Shown piece by piece: positions 37,238 to 45,385 of a stretch of 64,000 bases of DNA; the stretch's first letter is position 1, and the number at the start of each line of letters is the position of its first letter. Where the stretch lies: the NCBI GenBank assembly GCA_045804645.1, contig JBJMMR010000052.1:39405-103404 (forward strand), given 5' to 3'. This DNA comes from Chloroflexota bacterium. GTDB taxonomy: Bacteria; Chloroflexota; Limnocylindria; Limnocylindrales; CSP1-4. Position numbers and translations under genes: made by a program. The notes beneath the pieces were generated by a model. That model saw only the letters and a list, made by a program, of their open reading frames with translations, did no database searches and was not told the origin of the DNA.

Positions 37238-37905
37238 CCTGCGCCCTTCTCGAGCGCGCCCGCCGCGACCCGCAGATCCGCGACGAGCCCATCGAACATC
37301 TCGTCGCGATCGTCCCGTGCGCGGAGGACCGCCGATGGGTGGATCGTGACGAGGGCCGTCGGCGCGAGCTCTGACTCGATCGGTCGTCCGTGATCGCGCA
37401 TCACGGACACGTCCTTCCCGAAGAGCGCGTCGGAGGCGGTCGCGCCCATCGCCACGAGGACCTGCGGTCGGACCAGCTCGAGCTCGCGCTCGATCCAGAC
37501 GTGGCACGCCGTGACGTTCGCGCGCGTCGGCTTCTCGTGCAGACGTCGCTTGCCGTTGGGGCTCGGTCGCCAGCGGAAATGCTTGACGACGTTCGTCACG
37601 AACGCAGCCTCGCGGTCGATCGCCGCGAGCTCCAACGCTTCAGCGAGGATCCGTCCTGCAGGGCCGACGAACGGATGGCCCTCGATGTCCTCCTTGTCGC
37701 CTGGCTGCTCCCCGACCAGCATCAGGGGGGCCGGCACCGGCCCTTCGCCGAACACCGTCTGGGTCGCCCGCTCCCATAGCTCGCAGCGCCGGCAGCCGGC
37801 GGCCTCGTCGCGCGTCTTGGCGAACTCGTTTTCCGCGCGGACTCCACGCGCTTCGGCGTTACGCATCTGCAAGGTCGTACCCGGCGCCGTCGACATCGCC
37901 AGCAA
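37234..37905 (-). CDS. udgX: family-4-like uracil-DNA glycosylase of the UdgX type
   Basis: Has Fe-S cysteines (GCRRCELW) and motif A (GEQPGDKEDIEGHPFVGPAGRIL). Also carries the UdgX-specific insertion VKHFRWRPSPNGKRRLHEKPTR (compare the KRRIH loop of M. smegmatis UdgX) and TIHPSAVLR. Confidence 0.8.
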   Translation of the reverse strand: MLAMSTAPGTTLQMRNAEARGVRAENEFAKTRDEAAGCRRCELWERATQTVFGEGPVPAPLMLVGEQPGDKEDIEGHPFVGPAGRILAEALELAAIDREAAFVTNVVKHFRWRPSPNGKRRLHEKPTRANVTACHVWIERELELVRPQVLVAMGATASDALFGKDVSVMRDHGRPIESELAPTALVTIHPSAVLRARDDRDEMFDGLVADLRVAAGALEKGAG

Positions 37906-37974
37906 AGCGCGCCCGTAACGTTTCGGTCCGGCGACGATCGTTTCTATCGGCCTCCCCGCCTTGATCGTCGACCT

Positions 37975-38003
37975 GAGCCCGGCCCCGCATCTGGGCCGGG
38001 CTC
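37975..38003 (-). terminator. perfect 11-bp stem hairpin downstream of the hemerythrin gene (no U-tract)
   Basis: GAGCCCGGCCC-cgcatct-GGGCCGGGCTC, read directly. Confidence 0.4.
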
Positions 38004-38046
38004 CTCCATGTCTGGCGGACCCCGCGCACCATGGTCTCGCCGTGGT

Positions 38047-38511
38047 TCAGCGACCAGCCGGCACGTTCAGTTCGTCCTGGGCTTCGGTCTTGCGCTGCTC
38101 CATCTGCGTACCAAGCTCCTCGAGCTCGTCCTTGTCGAACACCTGGCGAGCCTTCTGGAACATCTCGCCCTCCTCTTCCTCCATGTGGTGCTCGACGTTC
38201 TCCTTCATGACCTTGGCCTTCGCGCCCCAGGTCTCGTCGTCGACCGGGAGATCTTCGAGCTCGGCCATCACCGTATCGACGACGTGGTGCTCCTCGTATC
38301 CCTCGAGGACGATGTCCTTCGCCTTCGGATGGTCCTTGAGAGCGGGGTAGAAGATCTCCTCCTCGATGACCTCGTGGACCGTGAGCTCTCCCTTGATCTG
38401 GGCGAAGAGTTCCTCTCGGGTCTTGACGCCTCGTTCGGTCGTCGACTCCAGCTCATCAAGGAGCTTGCGCATCTTCTGGTGGTCGTCCTTGAGCAGCGTT
38501 AGGGCATCCAT
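38047..38511 (-). CDS. hemerythrin (HHE cation-binding) domain protein
   Basis: Reads MDALTLLKDDHQKMRKLLDEL...HEVIEEEIFYP...HH..D...E...E.H..EEE. Confidence 0.85.
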   Translation of the reverse strand: MDALTLLKDDHQKMRKLLDELESTTERGVKTREELFAQIKGELTVHEVIEEEIFYPALKDHPKAKDIVLEGYEEHHVVDTVMAELEDLPVDDETWGAKAKVMKENVEHHMEEEEGEMFQKARQVFDKDELEELGTQMEQRKTEAQDELNVPAGR

Positions 38512-38736
38512 CTCGGCCTCCGGTCAGTGGATCACGGGGATGCGACGGATTCCAGCAGCCGGCATGCACGAGTGAAGTGACGGCGCGGGCGGCTCAGCGC
38601 AAAGCGACGTTGCAGTCGCCCGTCACGCGGCCGGTCCACGACCCAGCCCGTGTTCGTCCAGGACGCAGGTCTGATCGGGCGACTGACAGCACCCATGACG
38701 ATCCGGCACCCGACCAAAGGACCTAGCATTCGCCGC

Positions 38737-39618
38737 ATGGACTACGGACTGTGTCTCCCCAATTTCCGCGACGGCGCCTCCCGCGAAGGCATGGAGGCCG
38801 GCGCGGAGACGGCCCGACGGCTCGGCTGGTCGACCGTTTGGACGACTGACCATGTGATGGTCCCGAGGTCAGCGGCCGACGACTACGGGACGAACTACGA
38901 CGCGATCGCGGTCCTGGCCTGGATCGGCGCGCGATTCCCGGAGCTCAAGCTCGGGACGAGCGTCATCGTCGTCCCGCAGCGCAACGCCGTCGTGCTCGCG
39001 AAGGAGCTGGCATCGATCGACGCACTGAGCGGCGGTCGTCTGATCGCCGGCGTCGGTGCGGGTTGGAACGAGGAGGAGTTCGCGAATCTCGGAGTAGCCG
39101 ACCGGTTCCATGTGCGTGGCGCCTACCTCGACGAGACCATCGACCTGTGGCGCCACCTCTGGTCGGGGTCGCGCGAGCCGTTCGAGGGTCGCTTCCATCG
39201 ATCCGACGATTTCGTCTTCGCGCCGCTTCCCGCACAGGGCGGCGCCGTCCCGATCGTCGTCGGTGGCCGAGCTGAGCCGGCCCTCAGGCGAGCCGGCGGC
39301 AAGGGTGACTGGTACCACTCGAGCGCGACGAGTGCCGCGAAGTACGCGCAACGCGTTCCGGTCATCCGCGCCGCCGCGGACGCCGCAGGCCGCCCGATGC
39401 CGCGCCTCACGGCTCGCGCGTGGACCGAGTTCGGTGCGGCGACGAGCGATCATTACGCGATACGCGGCAGCGTCGAGGAGATGGTGGCGGAGATCCGAGC
39501 CTTCGCCGCCCTCGGCGTCGACCACCTCGCCGTCTGGTTCGACGCCACCGACCCGGACGAGCTGGTTCAGCTGATGGAGCGTTTCGGCCGACAGGTCGTC
39601 CCGGCGGTCGAGATCTAG
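38737..39618 (+). CDS. luciferase-like monooxygenase (LLM) family oxidoreductase, probably F420-dependent
   Basis: Has an LLM TIM-barrel pattern (MDYGLCLPNF...TTDHV...GVGAGWNEEEF). The cofactor assignment is inference. Confidence 0.7.
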   Translation: MDYGLCLPNFRDGASREGMEAGAETARRLGWSTVWTTDHVMVPRSAADDYGTNYDAIAVLAWIGARFPELKLGTSVIVVPQRNAVVLAKELASIDALSGGRLIAGVGAGWNEEEFANLGVADRFHVRGAYLDETIDLWRHLWSGSREPFEGRFHRSDDFVFAPLPAQGGAVPIVVGGRAEPALRRAGGKGDWYHSSATSAAKYAQRVPVIRAAADAAGRPMPRLTARAWTEFGAATSDHYAIRGSVEEMVAEIRAFAALGVDHLAVWFDATDPDELVQLMERFGRQVVPAVEI

Positions 39619-39621
39619 CCG

Positions 39622-40497
39622 CTACTCGACCGAGGTGAAGAGCGTGAGCTGGAGATCGGCCGGCGCGGACAGGCGGACGTTGCGGTCACCCCACGGCGTC
39701 TGGACCGGCCCCTCGCCCAGGAGCACGGCACCGTTCATCCGGGCACGCTTCGCGAGCGTCGCAGAGTCATCGACCGACAGCGCCAGCCGGATCTGGCCGG
39801 CGACGCGTCGACCCACCTCGACCCGGTCGATGTAGCTCGCCTGGGCCTCATCGATGAGCTCGAGCGTCGCGCGACCGCCGTCGAGGACGACGACCTTCCC
39901 GTCAGGTGACGTCCAGTCGGCGAGCTGCGGCAGGCCGAGGACGTCGCGGTAGAAGGCGACAGCGGCGTCGTGATCAGGCGCCGTTACCGCGACGCGCAGT
40001 TCGTGGACGGGACGTGCATGGGTCTCGGCTGCGTGACCGGCGGCGCGCCAGGCCGCGAAGGGTTCGTCGGCGCCGTCGACGTCGAGGTGCTCGAGCTCGA
40101 CCATCACGCCGTCGATCCGGTCGAGTCGACTCGCCATGAACTCGCTGAAGCCGAAACCGCCGGCAGCCGCGTGCGCGCGTGTCGCGGCGTAGACGATCCG
40201 TGAGATGCCGGTCATCCCGGCGGTCGCCTGACAGATCGGGCAGGGCTCACAGCTCGAGACGACGATCGCGCCACGCAGGTCGAACGTGCCCAGTCGCCTG
40301 CACGCGGCCCGGATCGCCTCGACCTCACCGTGCGACGTCGGATCCGCGTCTCGGTGCGTCGCATTGAGGCCGGTCCCGAGGACCTCCCCTGCCCCACCGT
40401 CGGCGACGACCAGAGCCGCGAACGGCGACTGGCCGGCTTCGACGTTTCGGGTCGCGAGTCGAACCACCGCGCGAACGTGCTCCTCGATCGATGTCAT
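39622..40497 (-). CDS. fusion of a CDA-fold nucleoside/base deaminase domain with a C-terminal VOC (glyoxalase/bleomycin-resistance) domain
   Basis: From ATG (MTSIEEH). The zinc motifs HGEVEAI and SSCEPCPICQ are followed by ...VAFYRDVLGL...LEL... (VOC-like). The longer track ORF to 41052 is an Arg-rich artefact overlapping the upstream gene. ATGA coupling with the AlkZ-like gene. Confidence 0.75.
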   Translation of the reverse strand: MTSIEEHVRAVVRLATRNVEAGQSPFAALVVADGGAGEVLGTGLNATHRDADPTSHGEVEAIRAACRRLGTFDLRGAIVVSSCEPCPICQATAGMTGISRIVYAATRAHAAAGGFGFSEFMASRLDRIDGVMVELEHLDVDGADEPFAAWRAAGHAAETHARPVHELRVAVTAPDHDAAVAFYRDVLGLPQLADWTSPDGKVVVLDGGRATLELIDEAQASYIDRVEVGRRVAGQIRLALSVDDSATLAKRARMNGAVLLGEGPVQTPWGDRNVRLSAPADLQLTLFTSVE

Positions 40498-41636
40498 GCG
40501 TCGTCCTTCCTCCAGCGCTTGTAGCGGGCGTAAACGGCCGGTTCGATCGGCGCGACGAATCTCGCAAGCCGGTCCGCCACCTCTTCGAGCGCGACGCGAT
40601 CCGGAGCGCTGAGTCTCCGGAACGGCTCGAGCTCGATCCTCGTCCGGCCGTCCTCGGCGACCGCCCACCAGCGGCCAGCGACGAACCCGTCGACGAGGAT
40701 GCTCGGGAGCGTATCGCCGTTCGGGGCGATGATCTGCGGCCGGTCCGCATCGCTGATGATCCGCGTCCGATCGTCGTGGGCGAGGACGGTGCTGTCCCAC
40801 ATCGGCAGGAGCCGGGGCGGTGCGGCGATGTCCTCGTCGGGGAGTGGCGCGTCGGCGAGGTCCACGAGCGCGCGTCCGCTCTCCGCTCGGTACATGCGCA
40901 GATCCGCGGCCGCCTCGACGGCGTCGACACCGGGTCGGATAGCGGCCACGGAGACGCCCGCCCAGCGCGCGACGTCCGCGAGTGACGCCGGGCCGAACGC
41001 GCCGAGGTACCGGCGGACGAGGTGCTCCATCGCAGCGCCCGGATCCGGCCACTCACCGCTCGATAGCCACGCGTCGGCGTCCACCAGGAGCGGCCGCCGA
41101 GCGTACGACCACCGGACGTCGGACGGCACCTCGACGAAGGGGTGGATACGACGAAGCCACCACGCGAGTTCATCGGCCGACCGCCCATCGCGCTCACCCA
41201 AGCGATCGCGCAGTTCGGCAAGCGCTCGCGGCTGGGCAGCGAACCTGGCACCGAACTCACGCAGCTCTCGCAGCAGCGACGGCTCCGGAACGTCGCGGCG
41301 ATCGCCGCGGCGGGCGCCAGTAAGCGTTCCCTGGGTCGCCGTCCAAAGCGACCGGTAGTCGGAGGCGGACGCGATGTGAACCGTTCGCCGCATCAGCCTG
41401 CCCTTGACAAGCCGGCGCTCGGCGAACGCGCTGTCCAGCGTCGCAGTGTCGAAGTCCCCGAGCCTCGCCCAGAGCCCGATGTACGGCGATGCCGGTTCCT
41501 GGGCCTGCAGTCCACCGATCGCCTCGACCGCAGAGACGACGTCGAGCTTCGACGGTTGCAGAAGGAGCTGGCGGGCGAGCGTCGCCCGATTCAGTCGTCG
41601 CGTACTCAGGACAGGGCCCGCGGCGGCGCTCCTCAC
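40494..41636 (-). CDS. winged-helix HTH_42 family protein (AlkZ/YcaQ-like DNA glycosylase)
   Basis: Reads LNRATLARQLLL...VVSAVEAIGGLQAQEPASPYIGLWARL...LVKGRLMRRTVH. The QAQ triplet matches the AlkZ-type Q-x-Q motif. Confidence 0.7.
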   Translation of the reverse strand: MRSAAAGPVLSTRRLNRATLARQLLLQPSKLDVVSAVEAIGGLQAQEPASPYIGLWARLGDFDTATLDSAFAERRLVKGRLMRRTVHIASASDYRSLWTATQGTLTGARRGDRRDVPEPSLLRELREFGARFAAQPRALAELRDRLGERDGRSADELAWWLRRIHPFVEVPSDVRWSYARRPLLVDADAWLSSGEWPDPGAAMEHLVRRYLGAFGPASLADVARWAGVSVAAIRPGVDAVEAAADLRMYRAESGRALVDLADAPLPDEDIAAPPRLLPMWDSTVLAHDDRTRIISDADRPQIIAPNGDTLPSILVDGFVAGRWWAVAEDGRTRIELEPFRRLSAPDRVALEEVADRLARFVAPIEPAVYARYKRWRKDDA

Positions 41637-42853
41637 TCGCGCGGCAATCTCCCGGCGCGGAATGCAGCGATCATCTCGGTATATCCGGGCAGACCACGCT
41701 CGTAGCCGATCGCCCAGAACCCGGCACCGGCGAGACCGCGGTCGTCGGCGAGACGTAGCTTGGGCGTCAAGCTACGCGGCGAGTCGTAATAGACCGCGTC
41801 CCACGCCGTCGGGATAGGGCTGGCCGGCGAAGGACTGACGGCCGAGCTGCTCGTCGCGGCAGAAGTCGCGAATGCCGTCGGCACGGTGTAGAACTCGACG
41901 CTCTCGGTCGGCTCATACGTCGGCGAAAAGGTCGGATCGTCGAAGACACCCAGGTTCCGGCGCGGGACCCACGCGTCGCCTCGTCCACTCGACGGCGCGA
42001 GGAATCCTGGCGCGATCACCGGCCACGTGACGCCGTACAGCGGTAGCCCGAGCAGCAGGCGCTCAGACGGGACACCGAGGGTGGCGTACAGATCGAGCGA
42101 CCAGACGAGGTCCTTCTCCTGGCCGTCCATCCGATCGATCGGTGCCGACGCGCCCGGCTCCGTACGGGCAGTCCGGTAGTCGTACCCCATCAGGAAGATG
42201 CGATCCGCGCCCGCGGCCGCGGCGACAGCGGCCATGGCCGCACCGATCTCGTTGCCCTGCGTCGCGACTGACAGTCGGGCGTCCGGGACGCGCTCCCGCA
42301 GCGTGCTGCGCAGTCGACCGACGAATGCGCCGTACAGCGGGACGAGGTCGATGGGTATGGCTTCGACGTCAACGTTGATCCCATCGACCCCGAGCTCCTC
42401 GACCAGCCCGACAAGCTCGTCGATCCAGCGATCCTGCGCCTTGGCATCGTCATAGAAGCGACGATTCTTCGTCGCGCCGAAGCTCGTGTATACGATCTCG
42501 ACCCGGGCCCCTCGGTCGTGCGCGGCACGGATCATCGAGCGCCCGACATCGCCTTGGATCCGCTGGAGACCCGTCTGCGGGTCGACCCGCCCATCGCGCT
42601 GGTGCGTGACCGAGAACAGGCCGAGCGTCGTCAGGTCCGTAGCAGCGACGTGATCGGCGATCGTGTCGTCCATCTCCCAGTACGGCACGAACCCGTAGAC
42701 CTCGTGCTTCGGAACCGGGATGGGGCTGGGCTGGGCGGTCGAAGTCGCGCTCACGGGCAGGTCAGAGGCGATCGGAGCCGAAGCGGTCGGCATCATGGTG
42801 CCGCAGCCGCAGACAAGCACCGCGACGAGCGCGACGATCGCGGCACGTCTCAC
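41633..42853 (-). CDS. glycoside hydrolase family 18 lipoprotein (chitinase/YaaH-like)
   Basis: Has the catalytic DGINVDVE (DxxDxDxE). The GTG start at 42853 gives the lipoprotein signal MRRAAIVALVAVLVCGCG. Confidence 0.8.
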   Translation of the reverse strand: MRRAAIVALVAVLVCGCGTMMPTASAPIASDLPVSATSTAQPSPIPVPKHEVYGFVPYWEMDDTIADHVAATDLTTLGLFSVTHQRDGRVDPQTGLQRIQGDVGRSMIRAAHDRGARVEIVYTSFGATKNRRFYDDAKAQDRWIDELVGLVEELGVDGINVDVEAIPIDLVPLYGAFVGRLRSTLRERVPDARLSVATQGNEIGAAMAAVAAAAGADRIFLMGYDYRTARTEPGASAPIDRMDGQEKDLVWSLDLYATLGVPSERLLLGLPLYGVTWPVIAPGFLAPSSGRGDAWVPRRNLGVFDDPTFSPTYEPTESVEFYTVPTAFATSAATSSSAVSPSPASPIPTAWDAVYYDSPRSLTPKLRLADDRGLAGAGFWAIGYERGLPGYTEMIAAFRAGRLPRE

Positions 42854-43041
42854 GTGATCGACACGCGGCGAGCGATCGACCGTGCAGCCGTCGCGGCGGG
42901 TGTCGCCGCCGCCAGCGTCGGCGCTACGGTCGGCGCAGAGGGTCCCGGGTTCGGCGTGCACCCCGCCGTTGCAACGGCCAGCCCGATGAGCGTGGCGCCA
43001 GCGAGCAGGTGACCGGAACGGCGGGATACGACGGCGCTCAT
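42850..43041 (-). CDS. possible small lipoprotein (63 aa)
   Basis: MSAVVSRRSGHLLAGATLIGLAVATAGC... has a lipobox. Its stop overlaps the GH18 GTG start (GTGA). No clear RBS. Confidence 0.3.
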   Translation of the reverse strand: MSAVVSRRSGHLLAGATLIGLAVATAGCTPNPGPSAPTVAPTLAAATPAATAARSIARRVSIT

Positions 43042-43210
43042 GGGGTTGACGGCCAGTATGCCGGGAAACGTTGAAACCGCCGGTCGGGAAGGGTCATCAC
43101 CGCCGCGCTGACACACGCTCGCAACGAGTGGACGCCGCCCCATGGTGGTAGCTGCTTCGTCGCTGACCCACGCTGTAGATGACCCCCGAACCCTCGATGG
43201 AGGTGCGTCA

Positions 43211-43660
43211 GTGGGCAACGATCAGGATCGTATGGGCCAGAGCGGGACCCAGTCAGGTCAGACCGGCAATCGGACGGGTCAGCCCGGGAACTCCGAGGAC
43301 TGGGATACGGGCCAGGGTGACACCGGGACAGGATCCACGAGTCCGGGCGCGAGCTCGATGGGCTCGGGTGGTCAGACCAGCGACTACGGCCAGAGCGGCA
43401 ACATGGGCCAGACCGGAGACGCTGAGGGTGCCGGTGGCTCGATGGGCGGAAGCGGTTCGGGCGGGATGAGCGGCGGCGGCTCGTCGTCCGGCGGCAGCGG
43501 TTCGGGCGGGATGAGCGGTGGCGGCGGTTCGCAGTCGGGCGGCTCCCAGTCCGGCGGCGGCTCCCAGTCGGGCGGCGAACCCCGACGGAGCGACCAACGC
43601 AACGTTCCTACGAGGCCCCCTGCGGCGACGCGGGGGGCTTCGCTGTGTCTCGGTCGGTAG
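43211..43660 (+). CDS. Gly/Ser/Gln-rich low-complexity (intrinsically disordered) protein
   Basis: GTG start with GGAGG 7 nt upstream. Sequence GQSGTQSGQTGNRTGQPG...GGSGSGGMSGGG x2...SQSGG x3. The DNA carries a perfect 23-bp repeat at 43451-43473 and 43496-43518. Confidence 0.55.
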   Translation: MGNDQDRMGQSGTQSGQTGNRTGQPGNSEDWDTGQGDTGTGSTSPGASSMGSGGQTSDYGQSGNMGQTGDAEGAGGSMGGSGSGGMSGGGSSSGGSGSGGMSGGGGSQSGGSQSGGGSQSGGEPRRSDQRNVPTRPPAATRGASLCLGR

Positions 43661-44687
43661 GAAGACCCGGCCCGGCCGGCTGGCCGCGCACGGGGAAAGC
43701 CTCCTGGACCGCCTCGGCGAGATCGGCCTGCGTGGGCGGTGGCTCGTGCCAGCGGTGGACGAGGATGGTGTGCCGTCCTGGGATCGGCACGTCTCGCTGT
43801 GCGATATACCGGAGAAAGACGGCACCGGAGTCGGGCACGAGGTAGGACGTTTCCCCGGACGTCAGGCCCTGCTGGATGAGCGCCTCCCACGCGGCACTCG
43901 CCGTCGCGGGCTCGGCGAGCGAGATCTCGGGGACTGACTTCCCGACGAGATCCTCGGCCGGCCGCCCGATCGTTGCGGCGGCGCTCGCGGTGATGTCCAC
44001 GATCCGAAGGTGCTCATCGATGACGTAGATGGGTGGCCCGCTCACCGCCGGTAGTCGCGGCGCGATCTCGATCCCGTCATATGTCTCGAGATGGAGCCGG
44101 CCCACCCAGTCGGCAAGGTCCTGCTCGAACAGCGGCCGCTCGGGCCGGCCGCCGGTCGCCGACCGGATCGTCCGGAGGTCCGGCCACACCCCGACCGTCA
44201 CCGCTTCGCATTCGCGCCCGATGACCCGCCGCCCAAGGTGCGAGGCCACGAGGCCAAGATCGACGAAGCGGCGCTGCTGGTCACGCAGGGTCTGGACCAG
44301 CCGCGCTTCCTCGTTCGGGCGCGACCGGATCGTCAGGATCCGAAGGTAAGCCGTTCTCTCGGGCGGTAACGCGGCGAACGTCCGACCGACGATCTCGTAG
44401 TGCACGGCCTCATCGACCGAGAGCGGGAGTTGCAGCCGCGCCGCCAGGAAGCGGTCCTGTTCGCCGACGTCAGTGGCGCGCGCCATCAGCGTCGCGTCCG
44501 TCCAGACGGACACGATCGCTGCCTCGACGCCATGGTCCCCCGGCATCGACGAGCGCCGCGCTCCGACGATCAGGCTTTCGAGGCCGGGCACATCGAGCGC
44601 CGACCGGGCCAGGCGGCCGCGCGCGTCGACGAGCGCGTTCGCGTCGAGGTCGGTCGGGAATCGGCCGAAGACGATGCGCAGGATCAT
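43608..44687 (-). CDS. PAS-domain protein with two N-terminal ABM/ferredoxin-like modules
   Basis: Start at the internal ATG (MILRIVFGRF). The C-terminal part reads LRIVDITASAAATIGRPAEDLVGKSV... (PAS). The N-terminal assignment is tentative. Confidence 0.6.
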   Translation of the reverse strand: MILRIVFGRFPTDLDANALVDARGRLARSALDVPGLESLIVGARRSSMPGDHGVEAAIVSVWTDATLMARATDVGEQDRFLAARLQLPLSVDEAVHYEIVGRTFAALPPERTAYLRILTIRSRPNEEARLVQTLRDQQRRFVDLGLVASHLGRRVIGRECEAVTVGVWPDLRTIRSATGGRPERPLFEQDLADWVGRLHLETYDGIEIAPRLPAVSGPPIYVIDEHLRIVDITASAAATIGRPAEDLVGKSVPEISLAEPATASAAWEALIQQGLTSGETSYLVPDSGAVFLRYIAQRDVPIPGRHTILVHRWHEPPPTQADLAEAVQEAFPVRGQPAGPGLPTDRDTAKPPASPQGAS

Positions 44688-44739
44688 TCGGCTCCACTGT
44701 ACCCCGTGTGGTTGCCTTCCGGGACCCCCCCCGGCCATG

Positions 44740-44779
44740 GTGCACAATACTTGTGCACAACTTCTTTGCATGCTAGAGT
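44740..44779 (+). promoter_or_regulatory. candidate ArsR operator plus promoter
   Basis: The palindrome GTGCACAAtacTTGTGCAC (44740-44758) overlaps a TTGTGC -35. A 17-nt spacer precedes the TAGAGT -10 at 44774-44779. The ATG lies 10 nt downstream, implying a leaderless or near-leaderless mRNA. Confidence 0.5.
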
Positions 44780-44788
44780 CGGGACGAT

Positions 44789-45385
44789 ATGGACGTTCCC
44801 GCATCCTCCATCCAGCTCGACCCAGCCGCGCTGCGCGTGCTCGCTCATCCGCTCCGAGCACGTCTCCTCACCGCTCTTCGGATGAACGGAGGGGCGACGG
44901 CCACTGCCCTCGCCCGAGAGCTCGACACGAACACGGGGGCGACGAGCTATCACTTGCGGAAACTGGCTTCGGTCGGCCTGGTCGAGGAGACCGAAGGCGG
45001 TCGCGGCAAAGAACGCTGGTGGCGAGCGAGCACCGTGAGCCATGAGTGGCGAGAGCGCGACCTCGCGGGCGATCCCGACGCCGAGGCGGCGAGCGACTGG
45101 CTCCGGCGGCACTACTTCGTGGGATTCGCCGAGCGCTACGGGCGATGGCTGGACGCCGCGGCGGGTGAGTCGCTCGATTGGCGGGATGCCGCAGAGTCGG
45201 GCGATGCCGAGATCCGAGTCTCGCCCGATCGGCTCCGCGAATTCCAGGCTGAGCTTTCGACCCTTCTGGACCGCTACAGAGACCCCTCCCCCGACGATGA
45301 TCGCTCTCGGCGTGTCGCCGTCTACTTCTACACGTTCCCGGTAGATGCCGCCGATCCCGCCGACGCGCAGGAGTCGAAGGCATGA
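44789..45385 (+). CDS. ArsR-like winged-helix transcriptional regulator
   Basis: Reads LRVLAHPLRARLLTALRMNGGATATALARELDTNTGATSYHLRKLASVGLVEE. Confidence 0.85.
   Translation: MDVPASSIQLDPAALRVLAHPLRARLLTALRMNGGATATALARELDTNTGATSYHLRKLASVGLVEETEGGRGKERWWRASTVSHEWRERDLAGDPDAEAASDWLRRHYFVGFAERYGRWLDAAAGESLDWRDAAESGDAEIRVSPDRLREFQAELSTLLDRYRDPSPDDDRSRRVAVYFYTFPVDAADPADAQESKA

Noticed and set aside
39622-41052. Track ORF of 476 aa extending the deaminase-VOC gene upstream
   Set aside because: The extra 184 N-terminal residues are Arg/Pro-rich and overlap the AlkZ-like gene. An ATG at 40497 overlaps that gene's stop (ATGA) and starts exactly at the deaminase domain.
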